Shown here: in pieces, positions 39,871 to 53,744 of the stretch
How the letters are laid out: each line of letters opens with the position of its first letter
How positions within the stretch are numbered: position 1 is the stretch's first letter
Assembly: GCA_013265495.1 (NCBI GenBank)
Contig: MU058636.1
Location: 7,456,295 to 7,520,294 of the forward strand
Source of the DNA: Vicugna vicugna
Taxonomy: Eukaryota
Reading direction: 5' to 3'
Length of the DNA stretch: 64,000 bases
Made by a program: the position numbers and the translations under genes
Notes under the pieces: generated by a model
The model's database searches: none
What the model saw: only the letters and a program-made list of their open reading frames with translations
Told to the model about the DNA's origin: nothing

Positions 39871-41823
39871 GCTGTCTCACTGACCCCTCTTTTCAATAAA
39901 TCCTATACCTCTTATCCTCACCACACTTTATTTTTTTAATCCATAAGACTGCTCTCTTTTCCTTCAGAGTAGATAGAATAGAAATTGTGTAGAAAAATAA
40001 AATCTTTAACAAAGAGAAAACTACGGTTCAAAATTTACACAAAGAAATGGTGAATGAGGTAAGTGTACCAGTTCAGTATGTGAATAATATAAAAGGCATC
40101 ATATTTCTCTTGTCTCCTTGGAATAGGCAGAACTTACACCAGTATTTAGGGGCACATTCACAGCTGTCACATACCTTAATTTCAAATATCATCTTTACCT
40201 CCCTAGTCTGCCTTATTGAATGAATCCAGTTCCTGAAAACTGCTGACTGCCTAACTCCTAAAAATAATCTGAAAAGTAACGCAAGTAGTCACTGGCCGAA
40301 TCCTGGAAAGGCTCTAATTACATCTGAGTTCTTCTGCCATCTCTACTATTGTGCCCCACTGTGCTCACGGGGTCCTGACAACTCTCCCTCTACGTGTTCT
40401 AACAGAAGAACAGATTTTCAAACCTGGTTCTCCCTGGCAGAATATAAAGACTCCCGTTCTTGTATCAGTAGTAAAACTATATTAACACAATGGTTAGCTG
40501 ACTCCTTGTGAACTGCACGGACGGTGCCATTCCAAATGCCAAGGAAGGAGGGAGACACAGACTGGTATAATTTAAAATTTATAAGGGACTTACAAGCATC
40601 TCGTGCAATTCTCTCTCCCAGTGGGGAAATGCCCTCATTCTAGCCCCGTTGCCTGTTATTCAGCTTCCCCAGCTTCTGCATGAACACTTTCCTAACAATG
40701 GGAGATTCCTGATTCCAACAGCAGCTGCAATGGTTACAAGCGCAGGGGCACCTGCTGCCTCTGCTCACATGGCTAACGTCCACCCATTCGCCCTGGCTCT
40801 GCCCTACGAGGCCACACACTCTGCCACCTCCAACTTCTACAGGACACTGTCTCGGATGTTTGAAGACAAGAAAGATTAATGAAGAGAGAGGAAGGAGGAA
40901 AAGTAGCCAGAGGAGGAGAGAAACACTTAGTAGCAGCACCTGTCCAAGTGCTAAGTGCTTTTCAACTAGCCAGTGAGGCACCCACCATGTTCTAATTTTA
41001 TAAATAGATACACCTAGACTTGCCAAAGGTCAGTCACACTGCTTTTAACTCTTAACCACTATGCTTTGTCTTTTAGATAATCTCCGGCTCTGTATTCCCA
41101 AAATTGGATGGTATAACACAAACATAACTATTTTCCAGCCTGAACACTCCCAGTTCCATCCACTACTACTTTATGTGGAATGGATTCGAGAATTCTCAGC
41201 AACCGACTTGGCCCCGTCTGGATGCACGTGGTTTGCCAACATCCCCCTAGAAATGGGTCACTGAGACAATTCAATAACTGTTTACTGACAGGATATTAAA
41301 TACCAACCACTCCGCTAGCACTGGAGAGATCAGAGATGAAAAGACGGTCCTTGTCCCTGGCAGCTAAAAGTCTATAAGCATAAAAGACACATAAACAGAA
41401 AAAAAGTAATTAAAGAGAAGATTACTATACTCACAGCACAAATAAGGTACAATGGAAGAAAGTGGAAAGAGGTCCAGATGGGAAATACAGACCAGCCACC
41501 TGGAGGAATGCTGTAAAACAGCACCCCCCCCGCCCCCCAGGAGGGCCACACACCTGGCTGCATGTGTCCCTGTTCTGTGTTTGCCTTAACAAGTCCTAAT
41601 ACACGGCTGGCTCATCCTGGTTAACAAAGTCCCTGTCATTTTCCCATGAATTAATAATGTCAAGCTTTTGCCCCAGCCAGTAATTACATAACCGATACTG
41701 AGAACAAAAATGGAGAACTTACAATGTCTCCGTCACTAATATGATTCCATGAGCTCTGACCAATGGTTTTATTGAGTCAGAATCATCCGATTCTCTCACC
41801 AACTAGTACACCAATAAGATAAA

Positions 41824-42176
41824 TTCTATGGACTGAATGTTGTGTCTCTCTGAGCCCTAATCCTCAATGTGATGTATTTGGAGGCAAGGCCTTTGGGAGG
41901 TTACGAGGTGTAGACGAGGTCATGAGGATGGAGCCCCCAGGATGGGATTAGTGCCTTTATGAGAAAAGAGACCCCAGAGCTTCCTCCCTCTGCCACAGGA
42001 GGACACAGGGAGAAGCCACAGGTCTGTGAGATAAGAAGCAGGCCCTCACCAGACACCAGCCTGCTGGCGCCTTGCTCTTGGACTTTCCACCTACAGAACT
42101 GTAAGACATAGATGTCTGCTGCTGAAGCCATCCAGTCTATGGTATTTTGTCACAGCAGTCTAAACGGACCAAGACA
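41824..42176 (+). mobile_element. MaLR solo LTR (MLT1A-like)
   Basis: ctatggactgaatgt...ggcctttgggagg...gatgggattagtgccttta...ccctcaccagacacc...cagtctatggtattttgt...aagaca. Confidence 0.92.
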
Positions 42177-42474
42177 TGAAGCCTATCACTTACAGCCCAA
42201 CACAGAGATCAAAGTGTGTTAAAGCATCTACATGACGCTCACAGGATCGAGGCTTGGGGCATGCAACTGAAGCCCCTCCAACTTGGCAATGATCTGTTAT
42301 CTGCGCTAGTTGGTTAGAGTTCTTCAACTGAGTAAAAATCTCCTGCTAATCTTTCAGCTCAGCCACAGGAAAACCATGATCTTTTATCAAATTATTAATG
42401 ACAGTGGCCTATAAGCTGGATATACTGGAAACATTTCAGGGTGTTTGGAGAGATGAGCTATGTGTACAGTAGCA

Positions 42475-42641
42475 GGAGGGGAGGGCCTAGCTCAAGCGGT
42501 AGACCACATGTTTAGCATGCACAAGGTCCTGGGTTCAATCCCCAGTACCCATTAAAAAATAAAAATAAAAATAAACTAATAATAAACAAACAAACAGACT
42601 TAATGACCTCCCACCTCCAAAAATTAAATAAATAAATGAAA
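42475..42641 (+). mobile_element. tRNA-derived camelid SINE (Vic-1-like)
   Basis: Pol III A box tagctcaagcgg, B box ggttcaatccc, core ttagcatgcacaaggtcctgggttcaatccccagtacc and bipartite A-rich tail. Possible degenerate TSD agtagcag/agtatcag. Confidence 0.88.
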
Positions 42642-44194
42642 AGTATCAGAGTACGGGAGCCAAGTGGATGCTGAAACACCAGAAACTGCAGGCAAACTGC
42701 TGATGGAAATGTGGTCAGATTAGCTTTTGGGAGAGCTCCCAGATGGCCTGACTTTATGTGAAATACTGTGTCATAAAACATTAATAAGGGTGTCACTTTA
42801 TGCATACTATTTTATATAATGTGAGTCATTTCCTATGAGAAAAAAACCAAGCTTGAACTTTGTGAATTCTGCATTTTTGCTAGGTCTTCAGAAATGCATC
42901 TCGTCTATAAAACGTGACTCGTGAACTTCGGGAAGGCGGTCTGGAGGACATGAAACTGCAGCCAGTGTGGGACACGGATTCAGAGAAAAGGGACGCTTAG
43001 GGGAGAAAGTAAACAAAGGAACAGGACATGGCATCAAAACACATGACATTAAAGGGCCTGTATGCCTCACTAGAGCAGAAAAGCCCATTCTGCTTAGCAA
43101 AATCTCTGTGTAGAGATGACGCCCCGTGAGGGCAGCTGAGGAAGTGCCTAGAATGTTACTCTGCAGGGTTGCAGTGGGTCCTTGATAGAGGAAAGGCTAC
43201 GACGGCTCTGCGCAAAATGGAGGCTGGTGCAGAAGTTCAAGACTGATACCACGGCTGCTGATCCCAGACTATTCACTGGGAGTGCACATGAAGATCTAGA
43301 AAGCATCAGGAATTTAGGGGGCAGGGTAGGTAGTGAAAAGGAGACATTAAGACAACTTCAAGTTTTAAAAGACTGGAGTAGTCAATACTCAACAAGACTA
43401 TCAGGAGAATTCTGTTTCCCAAAGGAAGGAAAAAGCACTGCCGTAACTGCAGACAAATTCTTTTCAGCATTTCATCGATAGCTGGAGCTATACAAAAGGA
43501 AAGCAATTATGGGATCCCTGAGGGGGAGGGGGTGGCGGTAAATATGTGTGAAGGGAGTACACTCTTCCAGTTTTTTAAAAATAGGACCAGAACTCACTAG
43601 TCCGTGGAGGGTGACCAGTGGTAAGGTGAAGAGCATAAGAGAGGAACACAAAAAGATCAAAGCAAGGGCATAAAAACCAAGAGAATATGACATCCTGGGA
43701 GATCAAGGTAGAAAGAAAGTCAAGGTGGAAATATCTGTTAATGCAAAAAAAAAAATGAAATACTGGAATTAGATAGGAACTAAACAAGAAGCTTCAGGCC
43801 ACCTGGGTTCTCTCACACAGGTCTGGGACGCTATGAACACTCAGGACACAGTCATCCAGGTCAGAAGCACTGTGAATCTGCTCCGTGGGTCAGCTTCCTT
43901 TCGTGGTCTAAAATTCAACCAGCTTTTCCAGATGGTGCTCCCTATAGTACTTTAGTTTATATCAGTCTTGGTCTAGAAATACTCTACATAGAAATAAATA
44001 CGTGACTGATTCTTGTATTATTTCAATATTTAGCCTGACTATTGATTTTGAGCTTTATGTAACCACAGACATTGGTCTATACTCTGCTTGCAGTGAGATT
44101 ACCACAGATACTCCCCCCCCTCCACTGCTTTTACTTTCACTCTTCTTCTAAGATAAGGAGTCCCTTTCTATTAGTGGGAAGAAAGGACTTAAAT

Positions 44195-44416
44195 CAGGGG
44201 TTCTCAGCCGGGGATGATTCTGCCCCCCAGATGACATTGGATAATGTCTGCAGACATCTTTGATTGCCGTAACTGGGGTGGTTGTGGTGGTTCTACTGGT
44301 ATCTACTGGGTAGAGGGTGTAAGTGTTGTCAAACATCCTACAATGCACAGGACAGCTCCCTTCAACAAAGACTCATCTGGCCCCAAATGTCAATAGTGCA
44401 GGGTTGAGAAACTGTG
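44195..44416. mobile_element. MER20 hAT-Charlie MITE
   Basis: TIRs caggggttctca...tgagaaactgtg; internal aaacatcctacaatgcacaggacagc; near 8-bp TSD acttaaat/ctttaaat. Confidence 0.92.
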
Positions 44417-46567
44417 CTTTAAATAACCACAAACTTTTGATAGAAGTTTTACAGCACTCATCACAAAATAAGCTTTTCAGTGCATATGGAAATTTAGTGT
44501 AACATTAATTAAAAGATTAAAATGGAAGCAATTTTTAAGAGAAAAAGGTAACAGAATTAATTATTAATATAATGAAGCTAAGAACTCAATTTGACTTAAG
44601 TATATTTTCCTCAAAATTATTCCTTTTCTTAATACCTCATTAATATAGTCTAATATCATAAAGCCTTACAAAACTAATGTGAATTTTGAAGACACGATCT
44701 CATTACTTGGTGCACTGTTAAATAACATTTTGGTCAGGTTATAAAAAAAATCTAGTGAAGCAGAAAAAAAATTCAAAGTCATATATTTTTAAAAAATTAA
44801 GTATGCTGAAATATACTTAAGACGACCACCCACAGTTCAAAAGAATAGAGGGTGGCTGATGGGTGGCTTTGAAATGCAGATTTTCATAGTTCCAATTTAA
44901 AAGTCATATGCAGAAAATGTGGTCTTAAAAAGCAGGTACTTACTTCACAGAAATGGCATTCTTGGAAAGCTTCATTGTTCTAGAACTCTAACCTGTGTGT
45001 CTGGCCAGAAAGCACTGGGAACCAATCACCATCTCTGTTCCCTGCGTCCACCCCCACCTCACAGGCACACAAAGCCTCACCCTTTCACAAAGGACTGCAT
45101 TAAGCCGTTGCTTGAATATGCACCCTCAGTTCTTCCAGGAAGAATCACCACATGCATTCAACTTAAGTAGAAAGACTGCAGACATTAAGCCGAGAGGCTC
45201 ATTTAGATAAACATTCTTCGGTGAAAACTTTATTTCCCTTTAACATTCCCTTTGCTCTAGTCACCTGGAGCAAGGAACAGCCATGCTTTCAGATCAAAAT
45301 GCTTTGGAGAACTGGTAGCACCCTACCAACGGCAGGCACTGGATAAGCATTAACTACTGAGGGTGGAGAGCTTGCAATCTGTCCTCTCGAGATAACCTTA
45401 TCTCCAGCACTGCTACTTGAGCAATTACTCGGACATATCATTTGTCCATTAAACTCTTAAAAAAGTGTGTACAAAGGAGCCAATTTCCTAGACGCGTTGC
45501 ATCAAGAAGACCTTGATGGGGTCTTCGAACGCCTCCTCTCGGGAAAGGTCAGTGGAACAGTCACTGTCCTGGGTTAGACCACCCTCTGAGAGCACAGTTT
45601 TCCAAACCCACTGAAGTGGAAGCTGGCAGAAAGCACTCAAGTTGCTTAAATATTTTCATATAAAAAAGAAGCAGATCCATACACTGGATTAGACAAACAC
45701 CTGAGCCGGATGAAACCCAGTTACCCGTCTAGCATTTTCTCTTCACATCCCTCATTTTGCATCCTTGCTCCCCGGTAGATAGAAGGGAATATAAGTGGAT
45801 GGTGACTGAATATAAGTAGATCACAAAAAAGGCAATAGTTGCCTCAGAAACCCAGTGGCTGACAAGTCAAAGTCATGATTACAAGGACTAGGCTCTGACC
45901 ACAGAAATTTCTTTAAAAATCTTTTGAACATAAGAACCTAAAATCTCAGCTGAATTCCCCAAACACCTGTTCAGTGTTAAAACAACAGACTCATGCATTC
46001 CAAACTGATATTTAGAAAGTCCTAGCAGAAGGGCAGTTCAAAGAGTAAACAATCCATTCTTCACTAGGCCATAAGAGGAAAGCATCTTGTTTAGGGTGGA
46101 GAACGCTAGGTTATCGTAACAGATCGAGACTGTGGCCTCCAGCCCTTAATGGTTTCTGGCAGAGCCTTTAAGTCCTAGGTCAGTGATGTCAAAGGGCTAG
46201 AAAGTTCTCTAAATTATACTGGAAATTTTTAGTTTGTTTTTAACTGACCCGTGGGTTCAAGCCTCTGCAACTTCTCTTTCATCTTATGATTAAATACTCT
46301 GTTGGATCTCTGGTCAGCTCACCTCCAGTCCACAGTCTGGCAGATCGGCCTATGGGACAAATAAGAGTGGCATTCGCCATCCAGATGATGATCATGAAAA
46401 TGTAGATGGTAATAAAACCTCCACTGCCTATGCAGTCAATTAATGCCCATGCAATCATCAACATATGTGTACTCTAAGCATTACCAATGTGACTTGCCAA
46501 GATCAAGCATGGAAACACACAACTGCACTGTTCACATCCCAGTTAATCTTCAAGATCACCATATAAC

Positions 46568-47043
46568 TGTGAACGAAAAATACTGCAAACCATATCAGTA
46601 CACAAAGAATGCTGAAACCATGAAGTCATCAGCCGCTGCCTCCACCTCCCCAGTGACAACAAGGCTGCAGCCCAGCCTCTGCAGCCACTCACAATGGTGC
46701 ACTCTGAGGGGACTCAGAATAAGAGAGGACAGGATACTGGCCCTAGATAGCTAGAGGCTTGTCAAAGGAATGCATTCAATGAGCCCAAATGTTTGCTCCC
46801 TCCCATACATAGAAAAGCGCTAAATTCTTTAACTTGAGATGTCTAGTTTTCTTCAGTTAACAAGTAATCTTTTAATATTCCAACTACCTGGTCTTTGTTG
46901 TAAAACTCCTATATATCCTGGCTCCTCCCCTACCTCTTCGGAGCAGTTTCTCAGAGCGATCTGAGAGGCTGTCATCCCGGCTCGAGACCTCCCGCCAAAT
47001 TAAACTCTCAACTCCTAAGGCTGTGCATTTATTTCAGTCAACA
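46568..47043 (+). mobile_element. Complete ERV1-class solo LTR
   Basis: TG...CA ends, 4-bp TSD TAAC (46564-46567 and 47044-47047), TATA-like ctatatatcc, ggagcagtttctcagagcgatctgagaggctgtc (MER34/LTR39-like), attaaa poly(A) signal. Confidence 0.88.
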
Positions 47044-47277
47044 TAACAAATAAATGACACGTTAGGACTCCTCCAGAAACAATATTTTCCCTTGAGTTTT
47101 CTCATTCATTTTTTAAAATTCAACAAATACTAAGAACCCGCTGTGTGCCATCCACTGTGGTACTTCGTAGCTGGCTTGTTATTCCCACCTCTGATCCTCT
47201 GCGGTGTGGATGGGATGTTTCTGTAAGAGACTTGGGTCATTCTATTAAGCACAAGATTAGTATATATCTATATATGC

Positions 47278-47323
<46 letters not shown>
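47278..47323. repeat. (GATA)n tetranucleotide microsatellite, about 11 perfect units
   Basis: Seen directly. Confidence 0.97.
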
Positions 47324-47325
<2 letters not shown>

Positions 47326-50300
47326 TCCCAGGTCACCAGGTTCATTTCCTCCTGGATTTCTCTAAGTTTTTTGTTGTTGTTATTTTTGTAACATAATTAG
47401 AATGTGCCAGAAAAGCACAGAGATGGGTCAAATTGAGACTTTCTTTCTCAGACAACTGTTTATATCAAAAGGAAGAAAACTAAATTTATGTGTCTCTTGG
47501 CATTAAAAATAGACTAGGGCAGATGGACACAGGGTTAGACTATCACAAAGGAAAAGTCAAATAATGCCCGAGGCATTAAAAACATATGCAGAAATGTCAG
47601 TAAACATCCATGAATGATTTTTCTCTAGCAGAATGAAGAGGGAGGAAAAGACTAGATGCAAGGGTCACCAAACAGTAGCCCGATTCATGGTCTTCCACTG
47701 CCTTTATCCCCAGACAGTTAACGATTCTTGGTTTAGAAACTGGACCATAAGGGACAACAGCTGGATATCTGATTTTTCAAAGGACTGATATGCATCACTG
47801 GGCACAGGGGTCAAATCCTGCAGAAATCTTTCAAAATGTGTATGCAGTCTGCTGAAAGTCACGGCTAGAAAGGAGAGACAAGATATGAACTCCAAGTTTT
47901 GGTCGTTTTCTCAGAAGAATCACTAAGCTGATGACATAGAAGTGGAAGGAACTTATAAAACTGAGGGATGAAAGCCCAGATCTGGAAATAGTTGTTCTAT
48001 GTCCAGATCTGTCCTGCAGAGCTGCACAAGAAGTTAATTACACTTGTGAAAGCTACGACCATTCCGCTATTATTACCTATGCTCCCACTAAATCTCTATT
48101 AGAAAGACTACCTACAAGTGATCAGTAAGTCACATTAAGAAAAATGAAAACCAAACAAGATGTGAAAACAGGCGAGGGAAACAACAAACCAACATAAGAT
48201 GATCTTCATTACACGGCATCTAGTTTTGGCTTTTAAAATATATATATACATATGTATCACTTTCCCATTAAAAATTGAATTATCATTCCATTTTCAAAAA
48301 CATCATGTGATTATATAAATCAGGATGAGACTTTGAAAACTAACCTACAAATAGATATCATTTGTCAAGGAAACCAAATGTCTTATTACCACTTCATTGC
48401 CAAAGATAAATTCTTAGTAACTGATGCTCTCTTTAAGTATCTACTTTGAGATAAACTCAGATACTATAAATATGCCTGAGGACTCCCAGAGTAATATTTT
48501 AATCAATATTTTAAAATAATGATTTTTTAGCTCAAAATTATATAAATAAAATATACTGATCCATCCCCCCCCCCCGCCGCCAGGAGGAGTTTGAAACACA
48601 GCCTACATGCTTTAAAATTTGTCTTTGGATACTGTTACCTTTTATCTTTATACTTAAAATGCATTTATATTGTGAGCAAATCAAATAATACAAAGCAAAT
48701 GAACCCTTTGTAGAGTCCAATCCCACTTCATTTCACAGAGGTAACATCTCATCAATTTGTCGTGGCATTTTCTAAACTCTTTTCCATAATACATAAAATC
48801 CATGAGTTGTTTTTCGTTTTGTTTTGTTTTTCACTATGAAGGAAACCAGACTGCACATATTCTGCAAAATTAGGAAAGGATAGGAAAGGATGTGCAAAGT
48901 TAGGAAGGATAAACAAAGGCCAGAAGCCGCTCTGTATCACTGTCCCCAAAGAGACAGAAGTCTACCTGCAATTATCTTTAAAGTTTCAACCACAAAGTTC
49001 CCATGACTGCTCACGATCACCGTAATTTACCTTAGCACTGTTTTATCAGAAATCCTGCCCCTACATCACTACACATTATCCTTTAAAACTGAGGAAACAA
49101 CTACAGATATCCTGATGTTATTATGTGAAATTATTGTTGGGAAAAACCAAGAAAGCTACAGTCTGCCACTAAGCACAGTAAGTGTGCCAGCTGCCAAAGA
49201 AGATCTGAAAAGGGCAAACCCGGAGAGAGACCAACAGGACGGTCAACTCAAGACTCCTGAAGTTGTCCTTTCCTTCACTCTTTCTTTAGATTGCTATTAT
49301 CCTGGTGTTTGGGCGACTTTGAACAGACAGATTAAAAACCCCAAACAGAATATTTCAATTGCATATTGTGTATTTTCGATGAGTTAGCCAGTAATGAAAT
49401 ACATTACCTGTGTGAAGAAGTGCTTCAAGAAAAATCTCTACACAAGCCCAGTCTTGGGGCACTCAGCACACGGCAGGATGCTTTCAGTAAAAAGTACTTC
49501 ATTAGGTACTGAACGCTCACCCTTCACCAGCTACAGCCAGATCCTCTTCCTCATTCAACTCAGCAGCCAGTGTCACTGTTTACCCATCTGACACCACTGT
49601 TTGCCAGTTATTCGCATTATTTAATTAGTTCCTTCAACAGACCAAGTCAGTGTCAGGAGCTGTTTCTCTGCCTTAAAACACGACCTGCAGTAGCCGTTTG
49701 GAGTCCACTTCTGTTGAACTTGGGATCCCCTGGGCTCCAGAACATCTCACCTGAACTCAGGTGTTGGGACAAAGCACGTGGGGAGGGAGGCTCAGTCCCC
49801 AGAGAAGTCTGCATAAGACGATCTGAATGAACACCTCCCACTTTGGCTTTTAAAACACCCATAGAGGCTGTCTGCATGTCTACCCAAGTGGGATCCAAAG
49901 TTTGCAAAAAAAAAAAAAAAAGCAGCATTGACCTTCAGGATAAGTGCAGCTACAAGGAAAATAAGCCTTTGTAAAGGGACCTGCGATCTCTCCGCCTATG
50001 TTGCAGTTAACAGAATTAGAAGCAGATATTACGCATTTATTACATGCATAATCAACTCTGAGCGTCTCCTAAAGGCAAGTGTTGGTGCGTACAGAAACAA
50101 AAGACCCATCCTCTGATTATAAGAAATTTGCAGCTTAGTGACAGATAGACATGTAAAGATGGGACTGGAAGACATGACCTGTGGACTGCAGACACACAGG
50201 AGCTGCTCCGTGGATACTGACGCCTTTTTCCCACTAAGAAGCCTCCTGGAGGACATTTGCTCCTGTCTCCTCCTCACTCCCTTGTAACAGCTCGTCTGGG

Positions 50301-52769
50301 GGAGGCGAGGATAAATCGGACCCTTAATACTAAAGACACCTGCCCTCCTGTGCACACACCTTCTCCCAGGGCTCCGTCAGAGTTGATGACAAAGCTCCCC
50401 CAGGAAACAAGGAGAGGACCACGAAGGTGGCTAGAGATCAGAGCAAGAGACACAAAACCTGTGTTTTTTGTTTGTAGCCCAAAATTTAGGACAGCACTTG
50501 GGTAGTGCCAGAGTACCTGTATATAAAGTATGCTTCAGCTGGGTCTGAACAATATTCTCTAAAAACATGATGTGGGAAAATGGTACAGTTACACGTGGTT
50601 TTTCCTTTTTCTTCCTGATTGAAGACTCAAATTCCCCTCTGCAGACAGATCCTTCTTACCCAGAGTTGGCTCTGAGGCCCGAGCCCGGGGAGGAAGGAGC
50701 AGATGCGAAGGCGGGCACCCCCGTGGTGGGCAGGAGAGCCGGCCGCTGCCACGGTGCCAGCGAGGAACTTGGTCCTGGCCTTTGAGAGCAGTCCAGTCTT
50801 AAGGCTCTTCCCGAAGCTTTCTTGTATGTAAAAGCCTTGGGGAAAGTATTGTTAAATATCATCTTTGGCCTTAGCTCTGCTGTGGGGAAGGGAAGGACAG
50901 CTCTGCCCCATGTTGGAGGGAAGGGGTGCAGGACAGGGGGCCACAGCCTGCGTAGGCAGCCCCTAAGACGGTCGAGTGCACCTGCAGGAGGGCAGGGTGG
51001 TGGGGGCACCCAGCGGGTCAGCCCAGGGGGCAGCCAGCCAGGCGGGGCTCCCGGATGGACGTGGGGATTCTGAGGGAGCAGAGGCTTAACATTCGTGCTG
51101 GGAAAATATCTGTATCTCCTGGCAAAGCCCAATACTGCGAAGAAGCCCCATGACAACCACGTTTCCATTTTTGTCTTAGCTCATAATAGCTCGAGAACGT
51201 TCACTATCCTCAGCTTCATGTCCTAGTGCGACCACTTTCTCAGCCCCTTACATTCCCTCCCATCTCTAATTCCTAGTTCAATGTTCCTACAGAGTCTAAA
51301 TGTTTATGAATATTTAAAAAAAACCAGATGAAATATCAACAACCAGTAACAGAAATACAGAATTTTTATTCTCCATTTTTAAAAAAACACTCTCGATCTA
51401 CTTACCATCACTGGTGTTATTTATATATGTAAATTTTGGTGGGGGGGAAGCTTAAAATCATTTTAAAATGACTTTTACCAGAATTATTCTTATGCTTCAG
51501 GAACAGGTTTTAACATATCTTTTCCCTAATGTCTTCAATAGGCCTGATTTCCGGCCCAACTCAAATCACCCCTCCCCTGTGTAATCTCACACACTGACAA
51601 AGAATCTGTAAGCTCTGCCCTGCTTGACTGGAAAACCTCACATTCTAAACAGCTGGGTGACCCAGGAGGACAGGCCTGGAGACCTAGTGGCCCGCCTGCC
51701 CTGCAGAGGCGCACCGGCCTTTCCCCCGTGTGCTTTGCGCAGCTAATGCACCTCTGAGTACTTCTGGAAACAGAATCTTGTTCCACGTCCGACTGTGCAC
51801 GTTTCTTTCCAGGACAACACTCTCAGGGGCTCCCTGCCCTCGGGCCCTTCTCCACAGGACCGGATCCCAACAGGAAGCCCAGGCCCCCGTCTGTGAAAGG
51901 GTCCCATTTGCTTCAAGCTCCCAGTCACCCTCTTGCCACCTCAACTCTCTGACAAAGTCATTTCTTTTTTTTTCTTCTTTTTCTTTTCCTTTTTTTAAAT
52001 TGCATTTTAATTTAAAAAAATTGTTTTGTTGTTCTCTGTAAAAAGAAACATACAACAAACAGTCCTGGTCATTTAATTTCCCTAACTCCCTTCTCATTTC
52101 TGGGGCACTGACTCCTGCCTCACATCAATCATGTTGAGCCCAGTTTGATTTTTCTTTTTTCCCCTCTCTCCACATTTCAAATACGCAACAAGATAAAAAT
52201 CTTGTTTCCTCTGGTACAAGAGTGACTCCAACAAGAGCTAGAGGGAAAGGATGATGACACTTTGATCTCCATTTGGCAGCATGAAAGGACCAAAGCTTTT
52301 TACTCTGCTGGTGACGCATCGTTACTGAGGCCAGTGAGCGAGGATTAACAAACGCTGGTAATCCAGATGGTGTGTTTCCGATCACCATGGTCCCCAAATG
52401 TGCCCCACGCTTGGGATGAATGAGCACGAGGTTGACAGTCTATTACTACAGTTTAAATGTATTGCACTTTAACACTGTAAGCTGTGAGATGTCCTGAATG
52501 CACTATTAAAGCAGGTTTTATTGCAAAATGGGGTGACAACAGTTGTAGGTTTACTGACATGGTAAGGAAAAATATGCAACATTTCTTGGTCTGGTGAAGC
52601 ACAAAGATGGAAAGGAAAAAATTTATCTTTGGGTCTCGACGATCAGGGTTTCCTGGATGAACATTCTGACATATTTTGAGATACTGGACTAATGGACTGG
52701 TGGGGCTGTGCATTCTCCACTTACAGGGACAATGTCTCAATCCTCCAGAGACGTTAGCTGTGTGAGAAG

Positions 52770-53250
52770 ACTCCCCAGGAGGACCAGATGGAGGGCATTT
52801 CGGGAAGAGGGTATGGGACCACAAAGACACTGGAGGTCTGAAACAGCAAGCTGCCTGGAGCACTGGGACTTAGCATGTGCCTAACGGCAAGTGGCAAGAA
52901 ATGAGGGTGTCCGGGGAGAAGGGGCCCACCTCTTGAAGGGTTTTATGTGCCACACTGGGACAAAACCAGCTCTGTGTCTTAGACAGCGCCCTCTGGAGGC
53001 GGCATGAAGGACAGTGTGGAGAGGAAAGACGCAAGAAGCAGAGACCAGCTAGAGAGTGTCTACAATGGTCCAGGCCTAGAGTGAGAGCACGGAGAAGGGG
53101 GACTGGATTCCCAAAGCATCTGGGGAGCACTGGGGGACTCACTGAAAAACTCATCGGATATGAGGACAGCGCAGGGAAAGGAAAGACACCCAGATGATGC
53201 TCGAGTCTCTAGTGAGGCAAATGGAAACTTAGAAAAACAGCAGAGGAGGG
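52770..53250 (-). mobile_element. L2 LINE remnant
   Basis: gagggcatttcgggaagaggg...caaagacactggagg...gagaccagctagagag...caatggtccagg; purine-rich reversed L2 body. Confidence 0.7.
52984..53002 (-). promoter_or_regulatory. Candidate CTCF binding motif
   Basis: Minus strand reads CCGCCTCCAGAGGGCGCTG, a 13/14 match to CCASYAGRKGGCRS. Confidence 0.55.
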
Positions 53251-53744
53251 GAGCGACGATCTCGTGATCAAATCTGTCTTGTTCCCCAGCCAACATGCCC
53301 CACACCAACCGCCGGTCCCCTCTTCTGCCCCACTGTCACAGGGCTCAGCACTTAGCAGCAGGCACTGTAACCTTCGGTGAAATGCCTGTCTCCTGCCCTG
53401 TACGGGGGGTGTCTCGGGGCAGGAGTAGGACCTTCCTTATCTTTGTATCCTCAATGGCTGGCACATAATGTCAGTCAACTGCCTGACTTTCCACTTTTAA
53501 TCTACATTTGGCCATAAATGGAAAATGACAACCCAAACTTCAGCATTTCATCATCTGTTTGCTTCTCTATAGGTTTATGGTTAGTCCACAAAACTCCTTT
53601 CCTTTATAACACCCCAGAGGTATAAATAGTACGTGCGTCAAGGCAGATAAAGAAAATAATGGGACGTGTCTAGCAGCAAGCGATCCTGTTGACGGTACAC
53701 AGCCCCACACTTGCTTCACTCCTCCCACTGGAAGGCAACAGCAT

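Noticed and set aside
42475..42550. tRNA-like sequence with A and B boxes
   Set aside because: It is the head of a SINE with an A-rich tail; there is no intact acceptor stem.
50656..51168. 170-aa Pro/Gly/Arg-rich ORF (- strand)
   Set aside because: Explained by local GC richness; no recognisable homology.
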